A stretch of 50,382 nt of DNA from Catajapyx aquilonaris (GCA_000934665.2 JYFJ02002839.1:1-50382); one strand, 5' to 3'. Positions 36,566-50,288 are shown, counted from the stretch's first letter. The notes: generated by a model from the sequence alone, not told the origin. Numbers and translations: made by a program.

Positions 36566-38734
36566 GTTGATCCACAATACTCTCATATGGCTATTTGTTG
36601 GCATTAAGCTGCTTATTTTAGCAGTTACTTGAGGGGTTATGAAAGGATTAGCTGCAAGGTGAAAGATGTCTTTTGCCTGCTTATATCCCCCATATGAGCA
36701 GACCAGAGCAGACTAGGTATGAATATCATCGTGAATTCCAGGCTGGCGAAGACTATCTAAGTACGCTACCGTCACCATAAGGCTAGGACGGGAGTTGAGG
36801 AGGGCTGGTCTAAAGACATAAACTCACATAGGCTTGAACATGCCACTTGTGCACACAGGTTTCACTTGTACGTTTCCATGGGGAAGAGGTCTGCTTCCCC
36901 AAATCTGCTTGTGGGATCGACTTGTTCTCACAAGCAGTACTTATGTACATTCCTTTCCATCCCCATTGTGCATGTGCAAGTGCAGTTCAATCCACAAGAG
37001 GACATGCATGGTGTACTTTAATTGAACGATGCAAGCGTAGAAGGGCAACAATTGGCGTGGGTGACAAGGGAAGCGGAATGTGTGGCTTGGCAAACAGTGG
37101 GGGGTCCCCGTGCAACCGTAGACTGTGACAGGTAAACAGATGTGCTTGCTCGTATGATCTGTGACCTGAAGCAGGTCGTAACTGCAGTCACTAGGTTCCA
37201 ACAGTTGCACTTGGTGAGAATTAATAAGACACCTACCCTCACGCAATAATGGCATTACATCGCAAGCATTTGTCTCTTCCCGGCCCACAAGTCGGCATCA
37301 GCTTAGACCTGCCTCGTACTGCTTTTTGACAAAAGTGTTGAGCAATCCTCCATTTCATTAATGTCGTGATCAGAGATCATGCACTTGGAAATATCTTGAT
37401 TCACCTCCCATTGATATGAAAACTAAGATGAGAATCCTGCACATTTGGCTAACCACCTGCAGCCCTTAGAAATTTGCAATTTATTGTAACTTTTAAGCCT
37501 TGCTGATCATTTGAGTGTCACTTTTTGCTAATATTTTGGATTCCATGTTTTTCATTTACACCACTTTGCATCACTTGCTAGAAAAAGATTTTAATGGGGC
37601 AAGTAGGATTTCATTATTATTATTAGCACTGTTTCCAATAGCATAATTTTCATTCAAAAAGTTAGTGTGATTAATTATTATGATTTGATTGCTGCGGAAG
37701 TGAAACATGATAAGTGATGTGTCATACCCTGTCTAGTGCATTTCACCATGTCAATGTCTTGAATGGAGGCTGTGGCCCCAGAGGATGAGTGCTGAATTGA
37801 TAATGTTTCCACTGCTACCATTCCAACCACATGTAGCGGCAAGCCCTTCATTGTGAGCACATTTTGGTTCATATTGGCCCATATGTTCATTGCGTCCGGA
37901 TAATTTTTTGACCTTGGTGCTGGTCACAAGCACTTTTGTGACCATTTTTTCTTTTCGTGGTAAGTGTTGTTGCTGTTATGCAGTGCATTCCAAATGAGGC
38001 GTCCGGTGATTGGCAACTTGGCTTACTGCAAACAGTTAACTGTTAACTATTATAGCAGCTACTTTCAGATGGATATATTAGCTGGTAATTCTCTGAATTG
38101 CTGCATAATTTTTTAACTTTTGGCTTGTCCATGCTGAGAGACTGAATTGAAACCCAGAGATTAGATGATAAAGTGGTCAGACTACTAATATTATGCCCAT
38201 TCCTTCGACTCATTATTGCAGCATAACTTAATTCATGGACCTTGACATGCTCCATCCATTCTATTATGATATTAGTTGCTAATGCAGAATATCTAAGAGT
38301 GCCTCCTTCATATTAAGGTACTCTGCCAAAATGCTGCTAACCCCTAGGGACATTTCAGTAGGAATACACTGTAATTTTAGCAAAGCTCGGACAAAATATG
38401 ATAACAGTATGACAGTGGCCACGTCATTGTTGTGCAGTACGAGTATGCATGACGTGTTGGTTTTTCCACAACAGCAGCAAGATTTGCATTTGATAATTTT
38501 CTATGGATGTTATTGGTGCATCAATCCTGCAATGTATGCACTTGTCCAGATTTTTTCATGTTGGATGGGTTTTTCAAATAAATAATCTTGTTGCTTGATT
38601 TTAAATATATTAGGCCTACCCATTAATTTTAAATGGCCAATTTGAACTGCATGTGTGCACATACATGGGGAAGGGAAACTTCCGGACAAATGCCTGGGAG
38701 ACTGATGGTCCTCGCAACACTCATATAGAGGGCT

Positions 38735-38865
38735 GAAAACGAAATGACGATCTGACGTCCTCATTCTGTTCTGATGCAACAATAGGAGGGAACAATGTCC
38801 TTTTTGTTGACACTGTTTACTCATATGGTTGTGTGACGATGACATCAGATCGTCATTTCGTTTTC
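38735..38865. repeat. 25-bp inverted repeat around an 81-bp spacer
   Basis: GAAAACGAAATGACGATCTGACGTC (38735-38759) versus GACATCAGATCGTCATTTCGTTTTC (38841-38865), 1 mismatch; no TSD. Confidence 0.85.
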
Positions 38866-39079
38866 CACACTTAGGGATGTGCAGTTAGGAGCCCAAAATC
38901 AAGGGGTACAAGAGGAAATGAAGTCAACAAATTTTGTCATTTCATGTCCACTCCTACTTTTTTTCTACTTTATTGTATGGACAGGCAATATAACATTGCA
39001 CATAGACTTCTTCTGTTTCAACCAGACATTAACAGCTCACATGTTGAGGGAAAGTGCCACTTGCATTGTGATTAGAATA

Positions 39080-39422
39080 CAGTGGAGCATCGATTATCCG
39101 AACAGAGTCTGTCAAGGGGGTGTTCGGATAACTGATTGTTCGGATAACTGATCATTTAAGGGGGAAAATTGTACGGGTGTCGTAGGAGCAATATGAAACT
39201 AAGAAACAGTGATATTAACCACAGAACTGTATATTTTCTGTCACAGGCATGTCTTAAAAATACTGTACATGTACCTTACTGTCCTTACATGAAGTAGTCC
39301 TGCAGTTTAGGGGGGGAAAAGGCGTTTTTTTGGGTTTTTGTTTTTTGTTTTTTGCCGACCCGAAAATGTTCGGTTAACCGATGGTTTAGTTGATCGGTGT
39401 TCGGATAATCGATGCTCCACTG
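39080..39422. mobile_element. Tc1/mariner (Tigger/pogo-like) MITE
   Basis: TA-CAGTGGAGCATCGATTATCCGAACA ... TGTTCGGATAATCGATGCTCCACTG-TA. Confidence 0.92.
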
Positions 39423-40743
39423 TATTTGTAAAAAGTGTGGGTAAAGTGATTGGGTAATTGCATGACACCGAATCGTAATGTTGTCCTCTTTGTCTTTGAC
39501 AGGTTGTGCAGATATGAGCTGCCAAACCCCAGTCGGTGCAATGAGTATGACAGCGAGCAGAGCAACTGATACCTGGATTTGGCTGAAGACACTTGAAGCT
39601 AATTGCCCAAATGTCACAAAACTGGATGCTACAGGGTGGTTCTACAAGTGACATTTGTATGTGGAGACTTCAAGTGGCAACCTTTGGCCAAGCTGTCTTC
39701 TAGAGTTTCACCTGAATGCACCTACCCATTGGTGCAGCCAACCTGCCGTGTTCCTGTGCCATTCTCTTCTACAAGCAGTTTTCTGTGCCAAAGTACTGTC
39801 CACATTCAGCAACTTCAAGCATGCACCAAGTTATGAGCCATTCCAGTACTGGTGTGTTAGACTAAGTGCTTGCTAAGTGCACCTGCAATGAAGAAGACAG
39901 ATCCTGGGATCTGATAACACTTCATAGAACCAATGGATTAGGTCTTTAAGCTTTGCCAAGGGTCCAGACAGCTGAGGACTGAGTGGAAGGACTTGGAGAT
40001 GCAACATGGATACGGAGGCCTCTGGGACAATATGGGTGGGATGGGCTTCAGTCCCCCAACCATCAAGAGATCCCTTGCGGGATGCTGGCGGGGACAACGT
40101 GAGGGTTGCAGTTGGGAAGAAGACCCAGGGGCCTAATCCACGCCTTCTAATCGTTCAGGAGTAGACGCGACAGACGGAGTTAGACCATCACCAGAAAATC
40201 TGCATCGACGTCAACTGCCCCGCAGCATCTTAATGGACCATCCACCAGTCGTCAAAGAGTCATTCCATGTCAAATCATCCCACTGATTCTGCCTTGACCC
40301 GTCACATTTTCATGAAACTTGGTGTGCTATGGGTGACAAATGTATTGGCCGGTGTTGATGGGTATATAGAGCCGTCCATCGGCAGCGGGAGAAACTGACA
40401 TCAGGTTACGATCAAGTTACGAACCCTGCCGCTATTAGAGGTGCGTCGGTCGGGAGTCGAGACTGGGAGGGTGGGGGTGGGGATGGGGAGAGCATGCGAA
40501 GGAGGGAGACCAGATTAGAGGGGGGGAGTCCTATGTGTCAGGAGATGGTTAAATAGGAAAGCGATACAGATTATTTGGGCTTCGTCGGCTAAGAAGTGCA
40601 AGGTCACGGGCATTTTTAAGACTCGGAATTTGTGTATCACTTCGATTTCACAGTTATCTGTGATGCGTGTTGGCCGCGCTGTAAATGTGTCAGTTGTCAG
40701 ATCATTCTTTTATCGATGCAGTATTCCATGCGACGACGATACA

Positions 40744-40745
<2 letters not shown>

Positions 40746-40782
<37 letters not shown>

Positions 40783-41090
40783 AGTAATCATAAATAATAC
40801 AAATAATAAATAAATAATAGTAAATAAATAATAAATTAATTGGAAATAAATAATAAATTAATTGTAAATAAATAAATTGTAAATAATAGTAAATCAATAA
40901 TAAATGACTAATAGTGATAATAAATCAATAATAAATAACAGTAAATAAATAATAAATGACTAATAGTGATAATAAATCAATAATAAATAACAGTAAATAA
41001 ATAATAAATAACAGTAAATAAATAATAAAATGATAATTAATAATAAATTAATAATTAATTATAATTAATTATAATAAAAAATAATGAAAA
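40746..41090. repeat. Degenerate AAT/AAAT simple-repeat expansion in the left arm
   Basis: Direct reading; includes a duplicated ~50-nt unit. Confidence 0.9.
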
Positions 41091-42215
41091 CAATCCGATC
41101 GGATGTATGTGTTCATTTCATATTTGACTCGACAATATTAACAAGAATGAAAGCCATGATCCGACTGTGGTCCGATCGCGATGTTCAAGTCAGGCGTGAA
41201 AGGCGTCATTGAGGTGGGCCGTATCTCGGACATCATTGCTGAAAGAAACCATTGTCTTCGCCGCTCGCTAGTTTTTCACTTCCAGCAATGACTTCCGAAC
41301 AACTTCAACACAAATGCACGTTATTGTATCGTTTGATGTGTCGGTTATGAACAAACTCCAATGTTACTGGCAGCCAGAGAGGTTTTGAAGGCAAGTTAAG
41401 AGGAAACCCAGTCCTCAGCTGCCAAAAATGGGGTATCAGTTGTCATTTTATTTCATGTCTTTGTGTGCTTGCTAACGTCATGAAAATTATTTGGGGTGCT
41501 CTTCAGTGTAGCTACCTGGATTAGAGTTACTTAATTACGAAAAATTGAGAGGCTAGGTAGTGAAAATAAATTAATAATCAAGATGGATCACTAATTTTTA
41601 AAATTTATACGTCAAGCCATGCCCACCATCACAACACATGGATTCACATTTTTGAAGGACATACTTCACATGTTATGATCGAGATGGAATGGAAAAGAGC
41701 ACAATTTCGACACCTAACTTCGCGATTTATTTTCATTACCTAGCTTCTCAATTTTTCGTAATTAAGTAACTATAATCCAGGTAGCTACACTGAAGAGCAC
41801 CCCAAATAATTTTCATGACGTTAGCAAGCGCACAAAGACACGAAATAAAATGCCAACTGATACCTTTTTTTTGGGCTGCTCAGGACTGGGTTTCCTCTTA
41901 ACTTACCTTCAAAACCTCTCGGGCTGCCAGTAACATTGGAGTTTGTTCATAACCGACACATCAAACAATACAATAACGTGCATTTGTGTTGAAGTTATTC
42001 GGAAGTCATTGCTGGAAGTGAAAAACTAGCGAGCAGCGAAGACAATGGTTTCTTTCAGCAATGATGTCCGAGATACGGCCCACCTCAATGAAGCCATTCA
42101 CGCCGTACTTGAACATCGCGATCGGACCATGGTCGGATCATGGCTTTCATTGTTGTGAACATTGTCGAGTCAAAAATGAAATGAACACATACATCCGATC
42201 GGATTTTTTTCAGTG

Positions 42216-42217
<2 letters not shown>

Positions 42218-42248
<31 letters not shown>

Positions 42249-42267
42249 GTAGTAGTAGTAGTAGTAG

Positions 42268-42305
<38 letters not shown>

Positions 42306-42315
42306 TATTATTATT
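42218..42315. repeat. (AAT)n(AGT)n(ATT)n compound microsatellite in the right arm
   Basis: Direct reading. Confidence 0.9.
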
Positions 42316-44543
42316 CATGCATCGTCGTCACATGGAATACTGCATCGATAAAAGAATGATCTGACAACTGACACATTTACAGCGCGGCCGCCAACACGCA
42401 TCACAAATAACTGTGTGAAATCGAAGTGATACACAAATTCCGAGTCTTAAAAATGCCCGTGACCTTGCGCTTATTAGCCGCCGAAGCCCAAATAATCTCT
42501 CTCTTTCCTATTTAACCATCTCCTGACACATAGGACTCCCCCCCTCTAATCTGGTCTCCCTCCTTCGCATGCTCTCCCCATCCCCACCCCCACCCTCCCG
42601 GTCTCGACTCCCGACCGACGCGCCTCTAAGAGCGGCAGGGTTCGTAACTTGATCGTAACTTGATGTCCGTTTCTCCCGCTGCCGATGGACGGCTTTATAT
42701 ATACCCATAAACACCGGCCAATACATTTGTCATCCATAGTACCAAGTGTCCTTACCTAGTTATGAATGAAAACCACAAAGATTTTTTTTTTTTTTTGCCT
42801 GCAATTCAGAAGTAATGAAAGTTCAAATTTTTATGAAAAATTTCTGCATCTTGAAGTAGTTAAGCACTATTTGCTCAGGAACTAGATGAGATAGAGACCT
42901 GTGCAATGTCTCACTTCAAAAGTCTCTTGATACTTTTTTTCCCCCCATATGGTGGCTGTGAACTCAAGGCCATTGTTTTTTGTTGAACCCATGAACATTT
43001 TAGTGACATTATGCAACCTTCTTTTCACCTTCTGGTAAAGAAAAACCCAACCATTTGGCCTACAGGGATTCACTGTGCAAAGTATATCAGTAGAAGGAAT
43101 CCAGAGCACATCAGCACATGGTGAAGGGGAAATAAGAAGGTTCTGATGGGTGCAGAAATGTCATTTTCTAGAAATTTTGCAAAGTTGTGAATACTCTATC
43201 TCAACAATGTCAAATAGCCAACAGCTGTCCACAAGATATCTCTGCAGGTGATGTAGAAATCTCATGTCATGAGTTCCCTTGGGTTGATGACCTTGTCTCT
43301 CATATCTCCCATGGTGGCCAGTATCGGAGGATGTGTGTCACGCTGCTGGTGTGGAGGCAGGGAAAATGAGTGTGCAACCAGGGTTAACAATAACAACTTA
43401 GGTAGACAAATGTGGCCGTTTCTGTACTTTAAGCTCCGGCTCCATGTGATGCCAGAGTGTGCGTGGTTGCATTTCATCAGTGAGAAATTCTGCACAATAA
43501 TTTACATTGCAACCTTTGAAATATTGCTTTTAAATGGAATATCTATGAAGGTGGACCCTACAGGCTGTGAAACCTTAATATATGCATGTCAGAAGCCATT
43601 TTCATGTCATGTGTGCCATAAATGATTGCTCAGAAATTTCGCTGTTTCACCCATTGCTGGCACGATTCAGGGCAATCTGGTGTAGGATGGTATGTTGGTT
43701 CAAGGCTTGCTGCATAACTCATGGAATGCAGGAGAGGCAATGAAGGAAGTTGTTGGCCAGTCACTTTCTGCACGAGGTGCACAATTATCTGGGAAATGGA
43801 GTGCATGTTGACCAAGGGGTACGTCATAGACCTGCCAGGTCTGCCTTTCCTCCACCTCCAGCACCTCCACCTCCAGAATCGGGTTGAGCAGCGGTATCCA
43901 TGCGGCATTATTCCTGGTTGATGTGTCCCTGTAGCAATTCCAGAATGCCTTTATAGCCTCTGGTGTACCCCTAATTGGGCGGAACACCCTCCTCCATGTT
44001 CCTCCTCCATGAAGGAAGGTGGTCTGCTATGGAAGTCGAAAGTGAATGGTCCTCATTTGGCTGGCGGGTGAAGACGACATGAGGAGCCGTGGTGCATAGG
44101 GGCATATGTCCTTGACAAGGAGATTTGGGAAAAACACAAGAAACCGTTGCACTATGATCCCTGCAGCCTAGCTGTTTCATATCCTATGCTTACGTAGAGC
44201 AACATGATTGCATTAATTACCTGCAGCAACAAGTTACAAATATCCATAGTGACAGAGATATAAAACATTGAAAATTGAGATATGCCCCTTTGCTCCCAAG
44301 ATGAGTATCTTTGCCCCTTTGCTTGCCAGGCACTGTCACCGCCCCTTTGAATGCATAAAACATCATGAAAATAGTTGTTTTCCCCTCACTCTTGCTACTG
44401 AACCTCAACAATTGGCCTGGAGTATCTGTTAAGATTGGGAAATGAAGAATGGGATGTGATTAAAAATTTACTGGAAGAATAGTAATGGTCTACATCTACA
44501 CAGCCATACAAAATATTATATCACTGATATAATATCACTTCAC

Positions 44544-44959
44544 ACCGAAGCAGTGGTAGCGGAGGGGATTTGGTATCCGGCTGCAAATCGGGAGGTCCAG
44601 GGATCAAATCCCCAGGCCGGCAACTCTTACCGTGGTTTTCTGTGGTTTCCCACGGTCACCCCCAGGTGAATACCGGAGTTGTTTCCTAATCGTAGGCCAC
44701 AGCCGCTTCCTACCTTTCCTATCCATGTCCCACACTGGAGGAGGTGCGGTGTTTGTGGGAGGTCTCTTACCCGCACCTAGAGGGTCGTCTTTCAACCTAA
44801 GCCCTCTGGAGGACTGCACACGGCCTCCGCCATGAGACATTGCACTTGCACCACTGTCCCCCCTCCATCCTAGCACCGGAGAGATTGAAAATGGTCGAAA
44901 AACCTCCCCCCTATATAAGCCTGAAGGCTTCAAGGGTGTAATAAATAAAATAAAATAAA
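44544..44959 (+). mobile_element. tRNA-derived SINE with 15-bp TSD
   Basis: tRNA-like head (CTGCAAA loop, degenerate B box GGGATCAAATCCC); body ggttttctgtggtttccc..ccaggtgaataccgg..aggccacagccgcttcct, of the kind common in arthropod SINEs; (TAAAA)n tail. TSD ATAATATCACTTCAC at 44529-44543 and 44960-44974. Confidence 0.9.
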
Positions 44960-45099
44960 ATAATATCACTTCACGTAATGTGAGCAAAAGTCAACAAATC
45001 AAATTTTCACTCCCACGTCTTCTTCATTACACATGCAGTCTTCGTTTTCCTCCATACTTTCCCCATCTTTGTCATCAAGGATGCCAACGTACCATGACA

Positions 45100-46500
45100 A
45101 ATTTTGCTGGCTCCTCCACTCGTCACCAAAACTCTTTGCCAATAGCATGGCCACATCTTTTTTTTTTAGCTGGCTGAAGATGCTTTTGCATTGGCACTTG
45201 CCTCATCCTGAATTTGGGTGCTCTTCTCCGCTGCAATGATTTTGCCACTGAGTCCGCAAAATCACCACGGTAATTTGGCACACCAGTGACAGTCAATGGA
45301 TTCCGCTGAATCAATATTCTCTTCATTTCACTTATGCCCCAAGTTTAGCATAAGTCATGCATGCTGCCTTCCAGTCATATAGGAGCCAATCCTTCTCAAT
45401 TTGTAGAACTGTGCCGACCTGTTCATAGAGGGCACAATATTCCTCTGGAAGTGTTACGGTGGTCTTTCTCCTAAGCAACTTTTCAACTCTCCCAAACACA
45501 CGGTCAGCAGGAAGGAAGGAATGGCCGCGTACCGGAAAGGTAACTAAGATTTCAGTCAGTGTTTCAGGAGCCTTCGTCTTTAGGAAATGCATCAACATAT
45601 GAATAATGTGAGAGTTCTTATTCTGCCCTCCACATCCATCACAAAATAAGCGTAGCATTTTCACTCCTGCAAGGTCTGCGTAGGTGCACAGAAAGTGGTA
45701 CAGTGCAGAGCCTACTTAATTCGGTCCCCGCCCTGCTTGCACTTCCGTCCAGTTGTAAAATTTTGGTTGCACCGATGACGTGTCAACACATGTAAGTGAA
45801 TAGTAGTTAATCTGCCGACCGTAAAATTGCTCTTGTATCGGCACTTTCGGCAGGGGCTGCACTTGTTGCAGATCAAAGCAGTAGGTACGACTACTTTCTG
45901 GTGGATTCTTGAGTGCATCATAAAAAGCTTTGGCACGTAACTTGTGTACACGTTTGGCAATCATGGCCTCCAATTTGATGGCACCTGTTTTACTCGCTAT
46001 TTCATTGTCCAGTCTTGTACAGAGGCTGCAAACATCTGACGATGGTGCCCTGAACCCAATGTTATATTCGCGGAGGAAAATTCTCCGAAACATGTCTTAT
46101 GACACATGATGCTCACAGGCATGCGATTGTACATACATCATATGCAGACGAGCAATAGACAGTTCCGAAGAGAGAGATATCCGTCGTGATTTCGCCCTGT
46201 TGTAATGGCTTTCAGTAGCCTGCAACTTGCCTATGAATTGTCGAACATGATCCTTCTTGCTCCTTGACCGGTGGGACACTCGGTCACCACCACGTCTTGA
46301 TTGGGATGGGCTGACACCATCGTTGATGTTCTTCAGAATCCCACGCAGCCTTTTTCCACCTTTTGCATGTCCAATTGCATAAATGAAGAACACACGGCAA
46401 ACTTTAATCCTCCCATGTGCAGCAGTAGGAAACTAACAAGAGACACAACCATGATCATTCTGGTGCTCTTCTACAACATGGGCTCATGGCGACATACTGG
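45100..46500 (-). pseudogene. Sola1-type DDD transposase with in-frame stops
   Basis: VCRVFFIYAIG; ESHYNRAKSRRISLSSELSI; YNIGFRAPSSDVCSLC; CFDLQQVQPLP..FYGRQ; WTEVQAGRGPN*VGSAL; LFCDGCGGQNKN; FPVRGHSFLPADRVFGRVEK. Confidence 0.85.
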
Positions 46501-46875
46501 TATGACATGATAGGTTTTATTACTTATGTATTTGTATTATTTGCATGAAATGATTACATTACACTACTTACCGTGAATGTTTCTTGAAGGGTGTGCCTTT
46601 TTTTGCTCGACGAACCCGCAGTGTCTCGCTGTCTCTTGCGCATTGGCAGCTTCACGTGCAAGTAGATTGCCACCCGCCTGTCCTGTTCGGCCTTCGTGGG
46701 GAACTGGTAAATTTGGGCCCTAGCTGCATCTATGTCCTTTGCAGTTACCAGATCGCATTTATAAACTCCCTTCTTGTGCTGGCAGGGACATGACTATCTC
46801 CAGCGGTGGAGGACCCTTGTACCTGATTTGAAAACCAACGTATTACATTATGCTAACGTGACACAGTCTTGTAGG

Positions 46876-46930
46876 CAGCGGCGTAACCACGGTTTTGAGC
46901 TGGGGGGGGGGGNCGCCCCACCCCCCTTTT
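46876..46930. mobile_element. hAT/Tip100-like terminus
   Basis: CAGCGGCGTAACCA followed by G-run and C-run subterminal tracts; partner end not seen. Confidence 0.45.
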
Positions 46931-47571
46931 TGGTCGGAAAAATATGTATGTATGGCATAAGCTGTATGTCGTTGTACAGGAGAGGAGTTGAATTACTTTT
47001 CCTTCGACATTCTCAAAGAAATACATGTAAAATGAGAAGAATGTAGTTTAATAGGCACAAAAAACAGCGGAAGGGGCACGTAATTTGCTATCCAACAACA
47101 TTGATATGAGATGCATGAAATCTGATATATTACATCTTCGTTTTGTGCCACTACGTCTACCCCTGTATTTTCTTACGGTACCCCATTGGTTTTTATACTG
47201 TCCTTATTCCTTTTGTTCGGGGAAGTTGAATCCTTAGATCCTCGTTGTGTGACGTGATTAAAGGGTTTTAGTATTAAATCGTCATCTTTGATTTGGCCTG
47301 TACTAGTGCTAGGCTGTTGCATTTCGACATAATCTTCTGCCAGGTTAGTTAATGTTACTACATTGGATCGAAATGTTAAAGACTCGTCAAATAAGGATTC
47401 TACTTGTATTGCCCTTCTGCCTTCAATATCATATCTACGCACACTAGGGGTAAGATTTTGGAATTTGGGGTGGAATTTTGGAACTGAAGTGTCTCTTTTC
47501 TTCATAGCACATAACCTGAAGCTTTTAATTATCATGAGACCGCATAATTATGATAACAACAACTATTGCCA

Positions 47572-48647
47572 TCATACTCGTAGATGCCCATAAATACGTA
47601 ATTGAAGACTGCCACATTGATCCATCATTATTACTATCCATCCATGATGTTTCCGGAATTTCTTGTAATGAATCCAACTCGTTCTGCAATAATAATATTG
47701 CATAGCTATTGGTCGATCCATGTTCTTCTTAAATTGAGTGGATGTCCTCGACATAAAGGACTGATTTCGAGACAATGGATCTATCCAACTACTTTCTTCT
47801 GGTGTTAAAACACTTAAAATACGTGGAACTACTATGGATTGAATCAATGGGCAACCACTTGGTTGGTTAGCGATGTTGCGCCATTACCAATGACGCTACC
47901 ATTTATTCTGTCTATGAATGCTTCAGGATATTCTTGTAGAATTTTCATGCAAACAATGTTCAGTTGATTCTTAGTGGGCTTCAGGCATATGGCCTTGATA
48001 CCGTCACAAATGATCCGAACCATTTCTCGGCGGTCACTTGGTTGCCGACGCTTTCCCGACTTGCAGTCAGCCATCAGCTGTGGTGAAAATTTCCTCCATG
48101 GCGGAGAAAAAGACAGCTGCCACTCCCCCCTAATGGATGTTGAGGCAACAGCTGGTAGCACTGTCTGCTGAGATGTTACCTTGTCCTGACCAGCACTGGT
48201 ACAACATGCGGAAGCAATAAACTGATTAGTTGACATTCGTTTGTGATGGCATGGCATAGAGACGAATTTTTAAAATCCCTACACCAATGCTGGCCATCTA
48301 CTGCCAGAGGTGAAGCCTATGTGAATAGGGCATAAAAATTGCAACAAAACTAGTGGCCCACATGGTTGATTCAAACTGTGGGAATTTTCCATCACAAATT
48401 TAACAAAAACATGTTCAACTGACCAGATGCACAGCGGCCTTGCAGTGATGACGAAATCTTTCTCAAAAAGAGATTCGGCAGCACACCCTTTGAGGTCCTC
48501 TTCCACTCTCAAGAATGCCGCCAGGTCTTCTTCAGAGGTGTTGGCAGTTACACCCAACTCCTCAAGCCGCTGCCGACATGCACTCTCCTGCTCATGTGTC
48601 ACGCCTGGCATTGCTGCCCTCACTTCCTGGATAACTAAATCCATCAT
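47572..48647 (-). pseudogene. Accessory (SAMD3-like) gene of EnSpm element 2, 3'-truncated
   Basis: RLEELGV..EEDL N-terminal exon; WQLSFSPPWRKFSPQLMADCKSGKRRQPSDRREMVRII..LQEYPEAFIDRINGSVIGNG; located directly downstream of transposase 2. Confidence 0.65.
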
Positions 48648-48783
48648 CTCCTGCAACGAGAGCGACCATTATTAGTGTCATGTAATAACCGCAACATTTT
48701 TGTGACATCTTTTATGCAAGGTAAAAGGTACTTACTCCTCTATTTATTGTAGTGCAAGTACGGTCCGTTCAATGGCACGGTTG

Positions 48784-50288
48784 TTATGCGACAGCATGTT
48801 TCAAAATTACAAAGCTTCTACCTTGCATGTCATATTGGGCCAGTGTCTGATGGGTGCAAGCTAGTCTGGTCCAGCACAAGCAAATAATAGGATCTTTGCT
48901 TTTTGTAATTTCGAAAATGCCCAAATCATGCAAGTAATGACCCAACCAGGGTGACAGAACAAACGCTACATAATTGCTGTCTGTGTGCAACAGTATTGCA
49001 ACAATCTCTCCCAACAATAAATTGGGAGGACCTGATTTTTTTGACAATTACAAATTGTCCACGCTTGTACTCAATTCCATGAAGTATGATGGTCTCCCCA
49101 AGGACCAGGTCATTAATTGATGGCAAGTACTCATTCCTATGTACAGCCATTTGGATATTTTCACTGTACATATCCAAGTGAAATGGACTGCCTACTGCCA
49201 TGCTCACAGATGGCGGAAAGAGCTGACCTGCACTACAGTATGCCTGAAGGAGTTGATGGTGTTCAGCCATGAGGGATGTACAATTGATTGATTCTGATAC
49301 ACTGCTTCAAGTAACTGTGTTTACTTTCGAATCTCATAGTCCACACATTTAATAAAGGGCCAAACTTTATTATCAACAGAGGATAGTGCAGCATGTAGTG
49401 GTGCTTCGGGCGTAAATTGATGTCTCGGAAAAGTACCTTCCTACTATCAACATATTCCTCAATGAAAATCCTAACATGTCGCCTGCTCCTCTGAAATAAC
49501 TGGTGAGCATATGATTTCCACAATTTGCCTCAACTGCAGCAGAAGTTGCCATACTGGATTCTCAGTGTCTGTTATGTGCAAGCCAAGTATCAATAATGGT
49601 ATTATCCTCAACAAGCGCCAATTCTGGATTTCATGACCACCAGTTCGGTCCCCTTTGTTTGAAATACGATTGGGATTGTCCCTGGCTTCATTGGCTCTGC
49701 ACCGGAACTTATTCAAGGCCACATTCAGATTCTCATGTGTGAACCATCTCTTAGAGACAAAGTATCGCAGATAAATAGCAAGATCACACTGAACGATCCC
49801 CTCAAAAAAAATCGTGCGCAAGACAGGGAGGCAGTCCTGATTCACAAACTTGATATCCCTGCAATTCATTAAATATAGATCCTGATTTCACACCTTCCAT
49901 GCTAGCATCTGACACTCCATTTTGCTTTTGCTCCAGCACAAATGACACAGCAGTGTCATATGACTCCTTCGTTCGCAGGGCAAATGAATCCGGAATGGGA
50001 CATGCATGAAACTCACGCTTGGCCACAACGACAAAAGTAATGTACACTCCCAAAACTCTCCATGAAACCCCCAATACTGTGGCTGCCAAGATTATCGCCT
50101 GTGATGAACACAATCGAACCTTTAACTTTCGATGTAAATCCCAGATCCACACTCTCCGTCTCAATTTCCTTAATGTCCTCCACTAGCCTGCGATAGAAAG
50201 CCTCATGGCCAAATTTCTTGTAATGTTTCTCATGGCACAACATAGCCAACTGGATATTGTCCACCCTGGAACGGTTAAACCGGGGCGC
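48784..50288 (-). pseudogene. EnSpm/CMC transposase 2, multiply frameshifted, 5' part cut off
   Basis: RSRVDNIQLAMLC; ITGDNLGSHSIGGFMESF..YFCRC; GLPPCLAHDFF/EGIV; LRPKHHYMLHYPLLIIKFGPLLNVWTMRFESKHSY; MAEHHQLLQAY. Confidence 0.92.

Larger units (their letters stand above)
40257..42746. mobile_element. ~2.5-kb foldback/palindromic DNA element (right tip missing; terminus resembles Sola2-type GAG...)
   Basis: Arms ~40317-41571 and ~41725-42746 are reverse complements around a ~153-bp spacer. Left terminus GAGTCATTCCATGTCAAATC at 40257. Superfamily is tentative. Confidence 0.8.

Noticed and set aside
39495..39610. PHD-finger-like Cys/His pattern (CSARCHTHC..ICTTC) on the minus strand
   Set aside because: Ligand spacing is incomplete and there is no supporting gene context.
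40697..40897. Hydrophobic ORFs 40697-40897 and 42085-42318
   Set aside because: They are translations of AAT/ATT microsatellites.
42880..44200. Possible degenerate KDZ/Zisupton- or MULE-like coding sequence
   Set aside because: Short fragmented ORFs with no motif I can identify confidently.
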